64,000 nt of DNA from an uncultured Acidimicrobiales bacterium (GTDB lineage Bacteria; Actinomycetota; Acidimicrobiia; Acidimicrobiales; SZUA-35): assembly GCA_963775125.1 (NCBI GenBank), contig CAVZHQ010000004.1, positions 7,549-71,548 on the forward strand. Reading direction: 5' to 3'. The position numbers were made by a program, and so were the translations under genes. The notes beneath the pieces were generated by a model. It did not search any database, was not told where the DNA came from, and saw only the letters and a program-made list of their open reading frames with translations. The first letter of the stretch is position 1. Each line of letters starts with the position of its first letter. Shown piece after piece: positions 9,084 to 19,726 of the stretch.

Positions 9084-10165
9084 CTATCTGGCGATGACGT
9101 ACCAGTTGTTCTGGATGTCGTGTTCGAGTTCGTTCGTCTGTATCGACGTGAAACCGGCTTCGGTCAGGTACTCACGAGTCTTTTCCTCACCCCACATCGC
9201 GCCGAGACCTTCGCCTCCCTGAGCGAGCGAGACAGTCATGCAATGCATGCACGACACCGTGTAAAGAAGTGGTCCGATGGGGTGATCGATGTTGTTGTGC
9301 GGGAACGTCGACCCCTTGATGTCTTGCATCAGGTACACCCCGTCGGCCTTAAGGGCGCGATTGATGCCCTTCAGCACGTTGAGCGGCTGGGCCTGATCAT
9401 GGACAGCGTCGAACGTGGTGATGAAGTCAAACTCGTCAACGGGTGCCGTGACGTCGAAGTCGCTCAGATCGCGAGCGACGAACTCCACGTTCGACAGCCC
9501 ACGCTCGGCTGCCTGCGACCGCCCATAGGCGATCGCTTCGTCGGAGAGATCGAGGCCGACGAAGCGGCTGTTAGGAAATAGTTCGGCCAGTCGGGTGATG
9601 ACGCGGCCCTGGCCGCAGCAACATCGAGCATGCGGATGCCCGCCTCTAGTCGCTGCGTCAGTCCGGGAATCAACGGCAAGATGTCACTCTCGAGTCCCGA
9701 CATCACGGTCAGGGCGCTCTCCTCGGCCATCACGGTGTGGAACCGTGGATAGCGGTCGTACGGCACCCCGCCGCCGGCTCGGAAACACTCAGTGATGTCG
9801 TCCTCGACCGCGCCGAGCAAGGCGATGTACTGGGCGAACATCGCCATGTTGTCGGCGCCGGCTGCACGGGCCAGGAATGCCGAATGCTCGGCCGGCAGAC
9901 GGAACGTCAAACGGTCTTGGTCGACCACGTCGACAACCCGGGAGGTCACCATCGCCCCCAACCACTCCCGCACGTACCGCTCGTTCAGCCCGGCCGCGGC
10001 TGCGATCTCGGTCGAGGTGGCCGGCTCCATGCCGTTCATCGTGTCGAACAGACCCGTGCGATGGCCGATCGATGCCATGAGACACAACGCACCGTCGTTG
10101 AGCGCGCCGACGAAACGTTCGGCGAACGCACCAGCCCTGTCGTCATCGAAGCTCGGCACGCCCAT
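9084..10165 (-). pseudogene. class I SAM-dependent methyltransferase with N-terminal winged-helix/dimerisation domain; frame broken near 9619
   Basis: The N-terminal ORF reads ...GIRMLDV then goes off frame. Restoring one base (GTTGCTGC to GTTGGCTGC) gives DVGCGQGRVITRLAELFPNSRFVGLDLSDEAI (SAM motif I) and joins ORF 9084..9488 (FDFITTFDAVHDQAQP...). Confidence 0.8.
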
Positions 10166-10473
10166 CGATCACCTCCATGTGACTGGATCACCTCTCTGCT
10201 GACACCGGGATTGTAGAACGCGCTCTCAACGGCGTCATCACCGCCACAGTACTGAGACGCCCGGCACAGGCCCGGACGCGATTTTCGTGCGCAACACCCA
10301 GGCCACGCAGGAACACTCTGCCGACCACGCCCTCGGACCAGGGATCTGCACCCACAACGCCCGGATGGGTTCGACGCACTCAGCCCCGAATCGAGCGCGA
10401 CGGCACACAGGCATAGGCGACCACCTGGCGCCGGGCCCTCCCAGTGCTTGCCCTCGCTGGCCCCGGGAGTTAG

Positions 10474-11007
10474 TTCGTCGCAGCCATCATCCGTGCTGCC
10501 GGCATCGCCAGCCTTGACGGCGAACTCAACTGGAACAGCGGCCCCGAGGGGGTCGTCATGTCGCTCGGCGTGTCATTCTTTCCCGCGACGTACACCCTTC
10601 TCGGCCTCGTCATCACCCGCCGCGCCGTCCGCACCGGCGTCGCCGTGACCGGCCTCGGCCTGCTCGGCCTCGGCGCATTCGCCGGCATCGCATTCTTTCG
10701 CGTCTTCATGGCCAAGTTCACCGACGAAGGACTCGACCCCAACGCGATGAACCAGGCCTTCGAAGCGACCCACGTCGGGACATCGCGGCAATCATCAACC
10801 TCGTCAACTTCGCCGCATGGCTCACCGTCGGAATCGCCATCCTTAAGACGACAGTCGAACCTCGCTGGGTCGGAGCGTCCTGCATCGGCGGCGTGATCGC
10901 AGCGCTCCTCGCCAATCGCGTTCGAGTTGCTCTGGCCACTCAGCGCTGGCCTCTGGCCTGGAGCGACCATCGGCGTTGCACGTGCTTGGACTCGCACCGC
11001 CAAATGA
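10474..11007 (+). pseudogene. decayed small membrane protein (at least two frame breaks)
   Basis: Hydrophobic segments are spread over three frames: SLGVSFFPATYTLLGLVITRRAVRTGVAVTGLGLLGLGAFAGIAFF / DIAAIINLVNFAAWLTVGIAIL...GGVIAALLA / IAFELLWPLSAGLWPGATIGVA. No family recognised. Confidence 0.3.
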
Positions 11008-11148
11008 GACGCCCCGCCCAGATCGCCGACCCAGCGGCGGCCCGAAGTCTCGGTATCGGAACAACTACCGGTCCTACGATATGACCCACGGGCCACCAGG
11101 CCCCGTCTGACCAGGAGAAACGGCGGCTCCGTGGGGGTTAAACTCGGG

Positions 11149-11430
11149 TGTCGGAGGGGCGAGTCTAGCCCCAGTCTAGCCCAACGTACATCCGGCCCCT
11201 GGGGCGTCGAATTGCGAGTTGCATGAGCGTTCTAGCTGGTCAGAGGCCCTCTGGTGTCACCAATCGTCCTGGTCAATGTCGCCGAGGATCGTCGCAAGGT
11301 CTTGCGCGTACGCAAGCAGACGAACGACATCGACGTGGTCGACCCGCTCGAAGTAGAACCACCCGCATGGAAACCCTTCGAACCGGCGGGATCGCAGGCC
11401 TGGGACACCGGACAGCTCACCGATCCGCAG
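11149..11430. repeat. long direct repeat, copy G (tRNA-like remnant plus 3-prime half of parE)
   Basis: Starts TGTCGGAGGGGCGAGTCTAGCCCC. Shares CCCCTGGGGCGTCGAATTGCGAGT, CATGAGCGTTCTAGCTGGTCAGA and the parE codons for LRIGELSGVPGLRSRRFEGFPCGWFYFERVD with 22804-23073. Confidence 0.8.
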
Positions 11431-11586
11431 TGAGCCAGCGCCCGGCATACGCTCGACCACACCCAGTGACTCGATCGCGGCGTTGAAGAACCGTCCAGCG
11501 AGCTGTTCACCGCCTTCGGACCGGTAGTACCTGGTCCGCTCCACCAGGTCGGCCTCCGCTAGCGGACGCAGCCGAACTGCACTCAC
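11257..11586 (-). CDS. parE: ParE-family toxin
   Basis: 109 aa, VRLRPLAEADLVERTRYY...FEGFPCGWFYFERVDHVDVVRLLAYAQDL. 4 bp overlap with the upstream antitoxin gene. Confidence 0.85.
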   Translation of the reverse strand: MSAVRLRPLAEADLVERTRYYRSEGGEQLAGRFFNAAIESLGVVERMPGAGSLRIGELSGVPGLRSRRFEGFPCGWFYFERVDHVDVVRLLAYAQDLATILGDIDQDDW

Positions 11587-11834
11587 ACCTCAGGACCAAG
11601 GGCCCGACCCCGAAGCTCATCGACCACCTCGTCCGTCAAAGGACGACCCTCGCCAGACGCGATCCCGTCCGCCATCAACAATCGAAATCGGCGAGCAGCC
11701 TCGGCACTCTGATCGCGCCGGATCAGGTCGCGCAGATACTCGCTGGTGTTGCCGTACTCGCCCGAACGAACACGTTGATCGATGTAGTCCCGCAAGGACT
11801 CGGGGAGCGCGAAGCTCATCGTGTTCCGACTCAC
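11583..11834 (-). CDS. parD: ParD/CopG-type antitoxin
   Basis: 83 aa, MSFALPESLRDYIDQRVRSGEYGNTSEYLRDLIRRDQ. Typical ParD-family N-terminus, located directly upstream of parE. Confidence 0.8.
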   Translation of the reverse strand: MSRNTMSFALPESLRDYIDQRVRSGEYGNTSEYLRDLIRRDQSAEAARRFRLLMADGIASGEGRPLTDEVVDELRGRALGPEV

Positions 11835-12505
11835 CTGACCATTGTGTGCTCTTTATCAACTGTTGTCAATCGTCAGGAACTGACCCCCTCCAGTGGTCCA
11901 GCACGAGGATGCATCACGTCGCCCAGACCCTTCCTGCACCGCGACGTGTCCTCAAGACGAAAGGCGACGGCGTCATCAACCAGTGCCGAAATGCGACCTG
12001 ACCAGCCACGACCCAATATTCGGCCCCCACAAGGAGTACCACGAAGCCGTGATCGCTCATGACGAAGACCGGTCAATTACCGTCGTGGGGAACCTTTCGA
12101 GGGAAGGCACGATCAGTTGGCTTTACGACGCCCGTCTGCGTCAATCACCTCCTGAAACGCTACGTCCATCTGGTGCGCTGCAGGGAGAACTGGCGGAGCA
12201 CGAACACGGCGAGTGACTCCGCCTGAGCTCGAATTTGAGCAGAGAACTACATCGAGGTGACGTGGCCCAGCGAAGTTTCGACTAGCCAGCGAGACAACGA
12301 CAGTCGACCATCCGGCCCGGAACCGCATGTCAGCTCACGATTGCCACCGGGACTCGCTTCAGTGACTCTGCCACTTCGCCTCGATGAGGCCGCACGCACG
12401 ACCTATTTCACGCCTACTTCACAATGTTCAGTTTTAACTGATGACAAGTTATTGACATCTGGCCGAAACGCGGAATCCCCAGGCCGGTGACCTGGGGAAA
12501 CGTTG

Positions 12506-12578
12506 TGTCGGAGGGGCGATTACAACCCTTAACCCACGCCGCCGCAGCAGGTGGCTGGAGCTCGTCGCCGCGGCGTAA
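12506..12578 (+). repeat. ~72 bp repeat family, copy D
   Basis: TGTCGGAGGGGCGATTACAACCCTTAACCCACGCCGCCGCAGCAGGTGGCTGGAGCTCGTCGCCGCGGCGTAA, translating as VGGAITTLNPRRRSRWLELVAAA*. Confidence 0.8.
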
Positions 12579-12606
12579 CGGGCGAACGTTTCTGTGGGCG
12601 GCTGGC

Positions 12607-12909
12607 TCACCCGGCTTGGTCCGGGAAGCCGTCGATCCAGATGTCGACCGCGTAGACCACAAGAGAATCGGGCCTGGGATCGAGTTCGTCACCCGTGGCG
12701 AAGAGATGGAACGCGCCAACCGTGATGCCCACGACGGTCAATCGGCGACCGCCACCGTGCTCGGGCAACGAGTCCCAGACTCCCTCGCGAGACAAGAGAG
12801 TGAGAACCGAGGCCAGATCGTGCCGCCAGAAAAGCTCCGCCCTATCGGCATCGAGTTGGGCAGCGATTTCTTCCTCGACCGTCGCTCCGACCCGAACCGG
12901 TCGCCTCAC
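12607..12909 (-). CDS. hypothetical protein, downstream member of a TA-like gene pair
   Basis: 100 aa ORF with a 4 bp overlap with the upstream 81 aa ORF. No family recognised (..ELFWRHDLASVLTLLSREGVWDSLPEHGGGRRLTVVGITVGAFHLF..). Confidence 0.35.
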   Translation of the reverse strand: MRRPVRVGATVEEEIAAQLDADRAELFWRHDLASVLTLLSREGVWDSLPEHGGGRRLTVVGITVGAFHLFATGDELDPRPDSLVVYAVDIWIDGFPDQAG

Positions 12910-13151
12910 CTACCGAGGGCCCGCAAGCGACGCTGCTCCAGGTCGGCGAGGGGAACCCGGTTGATCGTCTCAGCTGACAGTTCGGCATCGGAGACGATTC
13001 GGAGCAGGTCGGCCTGGTGCTCGATGTCCTCAGCACTCGGGGCACGCGGAAGGGGGTTGCCCAGTCGATCGGTGGCCTCGGGCGTGGTCGGTATCGCCAT
13101 GGCTGCCATCGTAGTTGGCACCAGTGACAGCGGGTGGCGTCTCGCGGACAT
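12906..13151 (-). CDS. hypothetical protein, upstream member of a TA-like gene pair
   Basis: 81 aa or fewer (internal Met codons available). The acidic C-terminal half is EDIEHQADLLRIVSDAELSAETINRVPLADLEQRRLRALGR. Overlaps the next ORF. Confidence 0.35.
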   Translation of the reverse strand: MSARRHPLSLVPTTMAAMAIPTTPEATDRLGNPLPRAPSAEDIEHQADLLRIVSDAELSAETINRVPLADLEQRRLRALGR

Positions 13152-13305
13152 CGCCGGCGAGGTGATGACACCGCGTGTGGGGGCGCCGCCAGATCGACCG
13201 ACCCACGCTTAGCGACGACGACCGCGGCCGCACTCCCCCTGCCTCACCGAACCCGCTAGATCGTCACCCCCGACGCTCTGCTCCGACTGGCAGCGGCGCG
13301 GCTCG

Positions 13306-13407
13306 ATCCGCAGTGAACTCCTCGACCCCACGATCATCTGGAGCCAACAACAACTCGAACGCGTCGTCATCGACTACGTCGAGCGCCACAACACCTACCG
13401 GCCCCGA
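13306..13407 (+). mobile_element. integrase-core (rve) transposase C-terminal remnant
   Basis: IRSELLDPTIIWSQQQLERVVIDYVERHNTYRPR. Only the tail is present. It is similar to 8337-8455 (TITWTERQLERRVIDHIQH). Confidence 0.4.
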
Positions 13408-13457
13408 TGTTCGCGCCTCGCCTGCCATCACGACGCTCGCGCCCGACATCCCGAGGT

Positions 13458-15234
13458 TCAGCCTCCGTCCGTCGGTACGCCGTCCTCTGCCGTCAGCGAC
13501 GCAGCTGCGCGCTCGGCCAGCACGTGTTTGCGGATCTTCCCGGTGGTCGTCATCGGCAGGTCACCGGCATCGACCAGAAGCACATGAGCGGGCACCTTGA
13601 ATCGAGCGAGCCTCTCTGCGCACCAGCCGCGCACCTCGTCGGGGTCGACGGTTGTGTCCACGGTCGGCACGATCCATGCGCAGCCGACCTCCCCCAGCCG
13701 TTCGTGCGGCATCGGCACCACGAAGGCCTGCGCGATGTCCGCTCGGCTGGTCAGCAGGTTCTCCACCTCGAGCGGCGACACTGTCTCGCCGTAACATCGG
13801 TACAACTCCTTGGCCCGACCCGTCAGTTCGACGTAACCGTCGGGGCGCAGGCGTGCCAGGTCCCCCGTCCGCAGCCAGCCGCCGGGGAGGAATGCCGCCT
13901 GCGTCTCGTCCTGCTTTCGGTAGTACCCGTGAGTCACCGTTACCCCCTTCAGCACGAGCTCACCCTCCGCTCCTGCTGGCACGTCGGCGGAATCGAAGGC
14001 GTCGACGATCCGGAATTCGAGCGAATGGTTGGGGTCAGAGCGTGTCCGAGAGCGACCCCGAGTCGAGCGGACGGCCCACCGTGGTGCTGTGCAGCACGAG
14101 TGGATCGGAAGGCTCGGTGAGGGTCGCCGGGCCGACGGTCTCGGTCATCCCGAATCCGGTACCGAGCTCACGCACCCCGAGCTCGTCTCCCACGCGTTGC
14201 CACAGCCGCTGGGGCGAAGCTGCGCCGGCGGAGAACACCGACCGCAAGCTCGACAGATCGCAATCAACGCGCCCGGGAAAGTCGAGGATCGCGGAGGTCA
14301 TGGTCGGCACCAACATGACGTCGGTTGGCCGGTGGCGTTCCACAGCGGCGCACGTGTCTTCCGGGGAGAACACGAGGCGAGGAATGATGGCGCCGCCGAC
14401 CTGCATCGATGCCAGCAGCCCGCAGATGTAGCCGAATGCGTGGTAGAGCGGCAGGGCGAACAGGCAACGGTCGCCGTCCGCGAGACCACGTTGGCGCGCG
14501 GTGAGGTACGCCTGCCGGACCTGCATGTCGTGCGTCCACACCACCCCCTTGGGGCTCCCAGTGGTGCCGGACGTGTACATGATGTCGGCCATGTCGTCGG
14601 GCTTGCCACGATCACTTCCCGGGATGATTCCAGCGGACAGGGCAGCACGTCCTCGGTCCAGGAGCCCCGTAAAGGACAACGCATCCGGGCGAGCATTGGC
14701 GCCGGTGTCGTAGACGACGACCCTGCGCAACTCCGGCAGTGCTTGCCCGCCGCCAGACGTCTCCCAACCGGGAGCCATCGAGTCCAGGGCGGCGAGATGG
14801 TCGAGGGTCCGCCATTGCGACATCACCACGAGCGCCCGGCTGTCCGACTGCTGGAGGACGTAGCGTAGCTCCTCGGTGCGGAGCAGGTAGTTGAGGTTCA
14901 CTGCGACGGCCCCGAGCCGGGCGATCGCGAACTTGAGCGCAGGCCACTCCGGGTAGTTCCCCAGCACGATGGCGACATGGTCGCCGGCCTGGACCCCGAT
15001 GTCGGCCAACCCGGCCGCGAGGATCACGGACATCTCCGCTACCTCGGCGTAGCTGATCTCGCGGTCGTCTGCGACCACGAGCGGGCGATCGCCGTAGCGT
15101 TCCGCTTGACGATCGAGGTACCCGCTGAGGGTCGTCTCCCTCCACGGGGTGTTCGCAGCGTCCAACGCCGCACGCCGTTCCGCAACGGCTGGAACGGCAC
15201 TATCCGTTTGGGTGCTCATCGATGAGTTCCTCAC
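13458..15234 (-). pseudogene. AMP-dependent acyl-CoA synthetase/ligase; frame broken near 14037
   Basis: The N-terminal ORF 14035..15234 has IMYTSGTTGSPKGV and GFGMTE and ends ...TVGRPLDSGSLSDTL*. The C-terminal ORF continues (DP)NHSLEFRIVD...GELVLKG...WLRTGDL...GKIRK. Removing one base in CTCTGAC joins them. Confidence 0.85.
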
Positions 15235-15258
15235 TGTCGGTCTATTCGGTCATCAGGA

Positions 15259-16044
15259 CTACGCTGTCCCCGGCGAGCGGGCAAAGGTCGGTGGACGCTT
15301 CTCGAGGAACGCCTGGACCCCCTCCGCCATGTCCGGGCCGCAGAGCGCGGCGACGACCAGTGCCTCGGACTCGTCGTCGGGTGAGACGGCTCCACCCGAG
15401 ATCTTCGCGATGATCGATTTCGCGCTGCGCTGCGAGAACTGCGACCGCTGCGCGATCCGGCCGGCCAATCCGGCCACGGTCGTGGCCAGGTCGCCGTCCG
15501 GCACGACCTTGTCGACGAGTCGGGCCCGCAGCGCTTCGGCCGCATCGACCCGGTCGCCTGACACGAGCAGGTAGGTCGCATATCCGGATCCGACGGCCTG
15601 CACCAGACGCCGGGTCGAGGTGAAGCTGTAGACCAGGCCGAGTTTGGCTGGGGTGATCGCGAAGGTGGCGCCTTCTGACGCGACCCTGAAGTCGCAGCAC
15701 AGGGCGAGGGCGCACCCCCCACCGATACAAAACCCCTGCACCATGGCGATCGAGGGGGTCTGCAGCGCGGCGAGGGCGGCCGTGGCGCGTTCGGTCCGCT
15801 CGTGCGTCTCTCGCGCCGCCCGTTCGTCGAGCCCGCCGGCAAAGTCTCGGATGTCCGCTCCCGCGCAGAAGTTCTCCCCGGAGCCGCGCACCACGAGCAC
15901 TCGGACCTGCGGGTCGGCGTCCACGTCTGCCAGCAGGTCCGGCAGAGCCGCCCACATCGAAGCGTCGACCGCCGGAGATTCGAGTACCAGCTCCGCAACG
16001 CCGGACTGGCGGGTGACGGTCCATCCGTGCGGCGGCCGGGTCAC
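15259..16044 (-). CDS. enoyl-CoA hydratase/isomerase (crotonase) family protein
   Basis: Start at GTG 16044 (GTGA overlap with the upstream stop). VLVVRGSGENFCAGADI, IAMVQGFCIGGGCALALCCDFRVA and MAEGVQAFLEKRPP are crotonase signatures. Confidence 0.85.
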   Translation of the reverse strand: MTRPPHGWTVTRQSGVAELVLESPAVDASMWAALPDLLADVDADPQVRVLVVRGSGENFCAGADIRDFAGGLDERAARETHERTERATAALAALQTPSIAMVQGFCIGGGCALALCCDFRVASEGATFAITPAKLGLVYSFTSTRRLVQAVGSGYATYLLVSGDRVDAAEALRARLVDKVVPDGDLATTVAGLAGRIAQRSQFSQRSAKSIIAKISGGAVSPDDESEALVVAALCGPDMAEGVQAFLEKRPPTFARSPGTA

Positions 16045-17354
16045 GATCCCGTCACCTCGGGTGTCCCAGCAACGGCCATGACCGCGTCCACGATGCCCCC
16101 GTAGCCCGTGCAGCGGCAGAGGTTGCCGGCCAGCTCGGCGCGCACGTCGTCGCGGCTGAGATCTGAGCGCGTGCGCAACAGGTAGAGGGCCGACAGCAGC
16201 ATCCCGGGGGTACAGAAGCCGCACTGCAGGCCGTGATGCTCGGCGAACGCCTCCTGCAGGGGATGGAGGTCCTCGCCCGAGGACAGGCCTTCAACGGTCG
16301 TGACCCGGGATCCCTCGGCCTGCACGGCATACATGAGGCAGCTTCGCACCGGCACGTCGTCGACGAGGACGGTGCACGCCCCGCAGGCTCCCTGCTGGCA
16401 CCCGATGTGCGTCCCGGTGAGTCCGAGTTCCTCCCGTAGCGCATCGGCGAGGGTGCATCGTGGCTCCACGTCGATCCGCTCGTCCTGGTCGTTAACGGTC
16501 AGTTCTACCTTCATGCGACTTCCCTCGTCTCCTGGCGTACGGCCAATGGCCGCGACCAAGGCGCGTCGGACCATCTCGAACGTCAAGGCACGGCGGTGGG
16601 CGCTCGAGGCACGCAAGTCGTCTTCGGGGGTCACGCTTTCCATGGCCGCGTGTGCCGCGTCGGCGATCCGTGCGTCGTCGAGCCGACCGGTGAGCCGAGC
16701 CTCTGCCGCACCGAGGCGGACGGGCGTCCCTGCGACTCCGCCGACCGCGATTCGCCAGCTCCCGCCAACGTCGCAGACGGCAACGGTGAGCAGGCTGCGG
16801 TCGTGGTGGCGGCGGCCGAACTCGGCAAATCCCCAGCGGTCCGGGAATGGGACGTCGATCCCCGTCAGGACCTCGGCCGCCCCCAGGGTCGTCGCCGACG
16901 GCGCAACGAACAGCTCCTCGATAGGCATCGTGCGTGCGCCTGCCGGTCCGCTGGCATGGATGACAGCCCCGGCCGCCAGTGCGGCTACGGGGAGTTCGGC
17001 GACGGGATCTGCGTGGGCCAGGCTGCCGCCCATTGTGCCCCGGGTGCGGATGGCTGGGTGGCCGATCCAGCTCGCCGCCTCTGCCAGCAGAGGGTGCCGG
17101 CGCTGCGCAACGAGCGCGGCGTGCCGCACCGTTGCGCCTACGTGCACGCCGGTCTCGGTCGGGCGAATCCGGCCGAGTTCTTCGATCCGGTTCACATCGA
17201 CCAGCAGCGCCGGCCGAACCTGGCGCATCGCCTGGAGCGGGACGAGGCTCTGCCCGCCCGCGAGGATCCTGGCCTCACCGTCGGCGTCGGAGAGCGCCCG
17301 GATCGCGTCGTCGAGGTCGCCGGCCAGGATGTATTCGAAGGGTGCCGACTTCAC
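16041..17354 (-). CDS. fused FAD-binding (CoxM-like) and [2Fe-2S] (CoxS-like) subunit of a xanthine-dehydrogenase-family molybdenum hydroxylase
   Basis: N-terminal half: ILAGGQSLVPLQAMR...TRGTMGGSLAHADP (FAD-binding 5). C-terminal half: MKVELTVNDQ...GCQQGACGACTV...CGFCTPGM...NLCRCTGY. The two halves lie in one frame with no stop between them. Confidence 0.85.
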   Translation of the reverse strand: MKSAPFEYILAGDLDDAIRALSDADGEARILAGGQSLVPLQAMRQVRPALLVDVNRIEELGRIRPTETGVHVGATVRHAALVAQRRHPLLAEAASWIGHPAIRTRGTMGGSLAHADPVAELPVAALAAGAVIHASGPAGARTMPIEELFVAPSATTLGAAEVLTGIDVPFPDRWGFAEFGRRHHDRSLLTVAVCDVGGSWRIAVGGVAGTPVRLGAAEARLTGRLDDARIADAAHAAMESVTPEDDLRASSAHRRALTFEMVRRALVAAIGRTPGDEGSRMKVELTVNDQDERIDVEPRCTLADALREELGLTGTHIGCQQGACGACTVLVDDVPVRSCLMYAVQAEGSRVTTVEGLSSGEDLHPLQEAFAEHHGLQCGFCTPGMLLSALYLLRTRSDLSRDDVRAELAGNLCRCTGYGGIVDAVMAVAGTPEVTGS

Positions 17355-19726
17355 GTGACCACCACCGGTTCACGCCCGACCTCCCGGGATCTGCTCTCGT
17401 TCAGCGCCGCCCAGATCACGCTCGGAGTCAACGGCAAGCCATCGATGTGCGTTCCGAGAGCGTCGGCCACCGCACCGGCGAGTACGGCCCCGGGGCCAAG
17501 CGTGCCGCCCTCCCCGACGCCGCGCACCCCCAGCGGGTTGTCAGCAGGAACCGAGAGGTGATCGATGGTCAGATCGGGAATCTCGACCGCGGTGGGCAGT
17601 AGGTAGTCCGTCAGCGTGGTGGTCAGCAGGTTGCCCTGCGCGTCGTAGACGAGCTGCTCGTAGAGCGCGGCACCGATGCCCTGCGCGATCGCGCCCGTGA
17701 CCTGACCCTTCACAATCACGGGATGCAGAACGCGCCCCACGTCCTCTACGCAGGCGTAATCCAGGATGCGGAGCTCGCCGGTCGCTCGATCGATCTCGAC
17801 CACTCCGGCTTGCGCCCCAGCGGCGAAGGCGCCCTGGATCGGGTCGTAGAAGCGCATCGCTTCCAGTCCCGGCTCGAAACCCTGCGGTAGCCGGTTGGTC
17901 TCGAAGTAGGCGACCCGGGCCACATCGCGGACCGACATCCGGGCGGTGGCCTCGGCGTCGACGAACACGTGTCCGCCGCGCACCGTCACCCGATCGACGG
18001 CGAGGTCGAGCAGGGCGGCAGCGAGCGCAAGTACCTGCTCGCGAACTGCAGTGGAGGCTCGCCAGGCAGCGTTGCCCGCAATCACGGCCTGACGTGACGC
18101 GAATGCCCCGAAGCTCCATGTGGACTCCGCTGTGTCGCCGATGCGGACGTTGACATCGTCGTAGGCGATACCGAGCGCCTCGGCCGCGATTTGGGCCAGC
18201 GTCGTCTCGAGGCCCTGACCCTGTGAGGTCACGCCGCTGACGACGACGGCGCGCCCATCGGGGTCGATGCGTACCGTCACCGCCTCGTGGCCCGTCCGGA
18301 ACGGCATGCGCGGTCCCGCCGATGCGGCGCGCCCCAGGCCGGTGAGCTCGTTGTAGCAGGCAATCCCGATACCGATGTCCGGTTCGCCGACGCTGCGGCG
18401 CCGGGCCTGCTCGATACGTACTTCGTCGTACTTGATCAGGTGGAGGACCCGGTCCAGACAGGCGCCGTACTGGCCGGACTCGTCCCGCAGCCGCGTCGGC
18501 ATCGTGTACGGGACGTGCTGGGGACCGATCAGGTTGCGGCGGCGGATCTCGACATCGGAGATGCCGAGGGCCCGGGCGGCGTCGCTGAGCAGGGTCTCCA
18601 TCGCATAGACGGTGGCGGGCCGGGACACCCCCCGGTACGGCCCGGTCGGTGCCGTGTTGGTGGTGATGCCGCGAACGCTGCAGTCGAAATTCGCCAACCG
18701 GTAGGGACCGGTAAGGAGTCCACCCGCCATGAGCGGCTCGGCCCCCGCCGTCCCGGGGTAGACCGAGTAGGCGCCGGCGTTGCACGTCACGTCCGCGCGT
18801 AGGGCCAGCAGCTCACCGTCTGCAGCGAAACCTGCCTCGAGCACGTATCGGTGATCGCGCGCGTGGGTCGCCGCCTGGATGTGCTCGACGCGGTCCTCGA
18901 CCCATTTGACGGCGATGCCTGGCATGCGGCGGGCGACCAGACAAAGTGCAATGTCCTCGGGGTAGACCGCAGATTTCGTGCCGAACCCGCCGCCGACGTC
19001 CGGAGCGATGACCCTGATGCTGCTCTCGGGCAGCTCGAGCAGGTCGGACAGCGCATTGCGGAGCAGGTGCGGACTCTGGCTCCCCGCCCAGTAGGTGAGC
19101 TTGCGGTCGGCCTCCTCCCACAGGGCGACACCGACACGGCACTCGAGTGGGTTGCCTGCCTGCCGGTTCGAGGTGAGGGTCCGTCGCACGACGACAGCCG
19201 ACGCGGCGAGAGCGGCCGTCACGTCGCCCGCCTCGAACCTGCGCTCGAGGAGCACGTTGTCCGGGGCATCGGCGTGCACCGGTTCGACCGGGACGTCCCA
19301 CGCACAGACCTGAGCGGGTAGCGGTTCGAGATCTACCGCGATGAGTTCGAGCGCGTCCTCGGCCGCGTACGCGTTGCGAGCGACGACGACTGCGATCGCC
19401 TCGCCGGCAAACCGGACCTTGTCCACGGCAAGGGCCGGCTGATCGGTCTCCACGTACGACGGCAGCGCGGACAACGCGCGCAACGCGATGCCCTGGAAGT
19501 CCTCGCCGGTGAACACGGCGTCTACCCCTCGCAGGGCGCGGGCCGCCTCTGCGTCCACACTGCGGATGCGGGCATGGGGGCTGGAACTGCGGAGGAAGGC
19601 CACGTGGCGCATCCGCGGTAGCTGGAGATCGCCGACGAACCGGCCCTGCCCGGTCAGCAAGCGCCGGTCCTCCTTGCGGCGGACAGCGGCACCGAGCACG
19701 GTCCCGGGCTGCTCACTCCCGGTCAC
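17351..19726 (-). CDS. molybdopterin-binding large subunit (CoxL/XdhB-like) of the molybdenum hydroxylase
   Basis: 791 aa intact ORF with GGGFG (DVGGGFGTK), GVSRPATVYAMETL, SQGQGLETTLAQIAAE and VRGVGEGGTLG landmarks. 4 bp overlaps on both sides. Confidence 0.9.
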   Translation of the reverse strand: MTGSEQPGTVLGAAVRRKEDRRLLTGQGRFVGDLQLPRMRHVAFLRSSSPHARIRSVDAEAARALRGVDAVFTGEDFQGIALRALSALPSYVETDQPALAVDKVRFAGEAIAVVVARNAYAAEDALELIAVDLEPLPAQVCAWDVPVEPVHADAPDNVLLERRFEAGDVTAALAASAVVVRRTLTSNRQAGNPLECRVGVALWEEADRKLTYWAGSQSPHLLRNALSDLLELPESSIRVIAPDVGGGFGTKSAVYPEDIALCLVARRMPGIAVKWVEDRVEHIQAATHARDHRYVLEAGFAADGELLALRADVTCNAGAYSVYPGTAGAEPLMAGGLLTGPYRLANFDCSVRGITTNTAPTGPYRGVSRPATVYAMETLLSDAARALGISDVEIRRRNLIGPQHVPYTMPTRLRDESGQYGACLDRVLHLIKYDEVRIEQARRRSVGEPDIGIGIACYNELTGLGRAASAGPRMPFRTGHEAVTVRIDPDGRAVVVSGVTSQGQGLETTLAQIAAEALGIAYDDVNVRIGDTAESTWSFGAFASRQAVIAGNAAWRASTAVREQVLALAAALLDLAVDRVTVRGGHVFVDAEATARMSVRDVARVAYFETNRLPQGFEPGLEAMRFYDPIQGAFAAGAQAGVVEIDRATGELRILDYACVEDVGRVLHPVIVKGQVTGAIAQGIGAALYEQLVYDAQGNLLTTTLTDYLLPTAVEIPDLTIDHLSVPADNPLGVRGVGEGGTLGPGAVLAGAVADALGTHIDGLPLTPSVIWAALNESRSREVGREPVVVT

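Noticed and set aside
11873-12330. Several 60-107 aa ORFs on both strands between parD and repeat D
   Set aside because: Mutually overlapping, with no motifs and composition typical of non-coding high-GC DNA.
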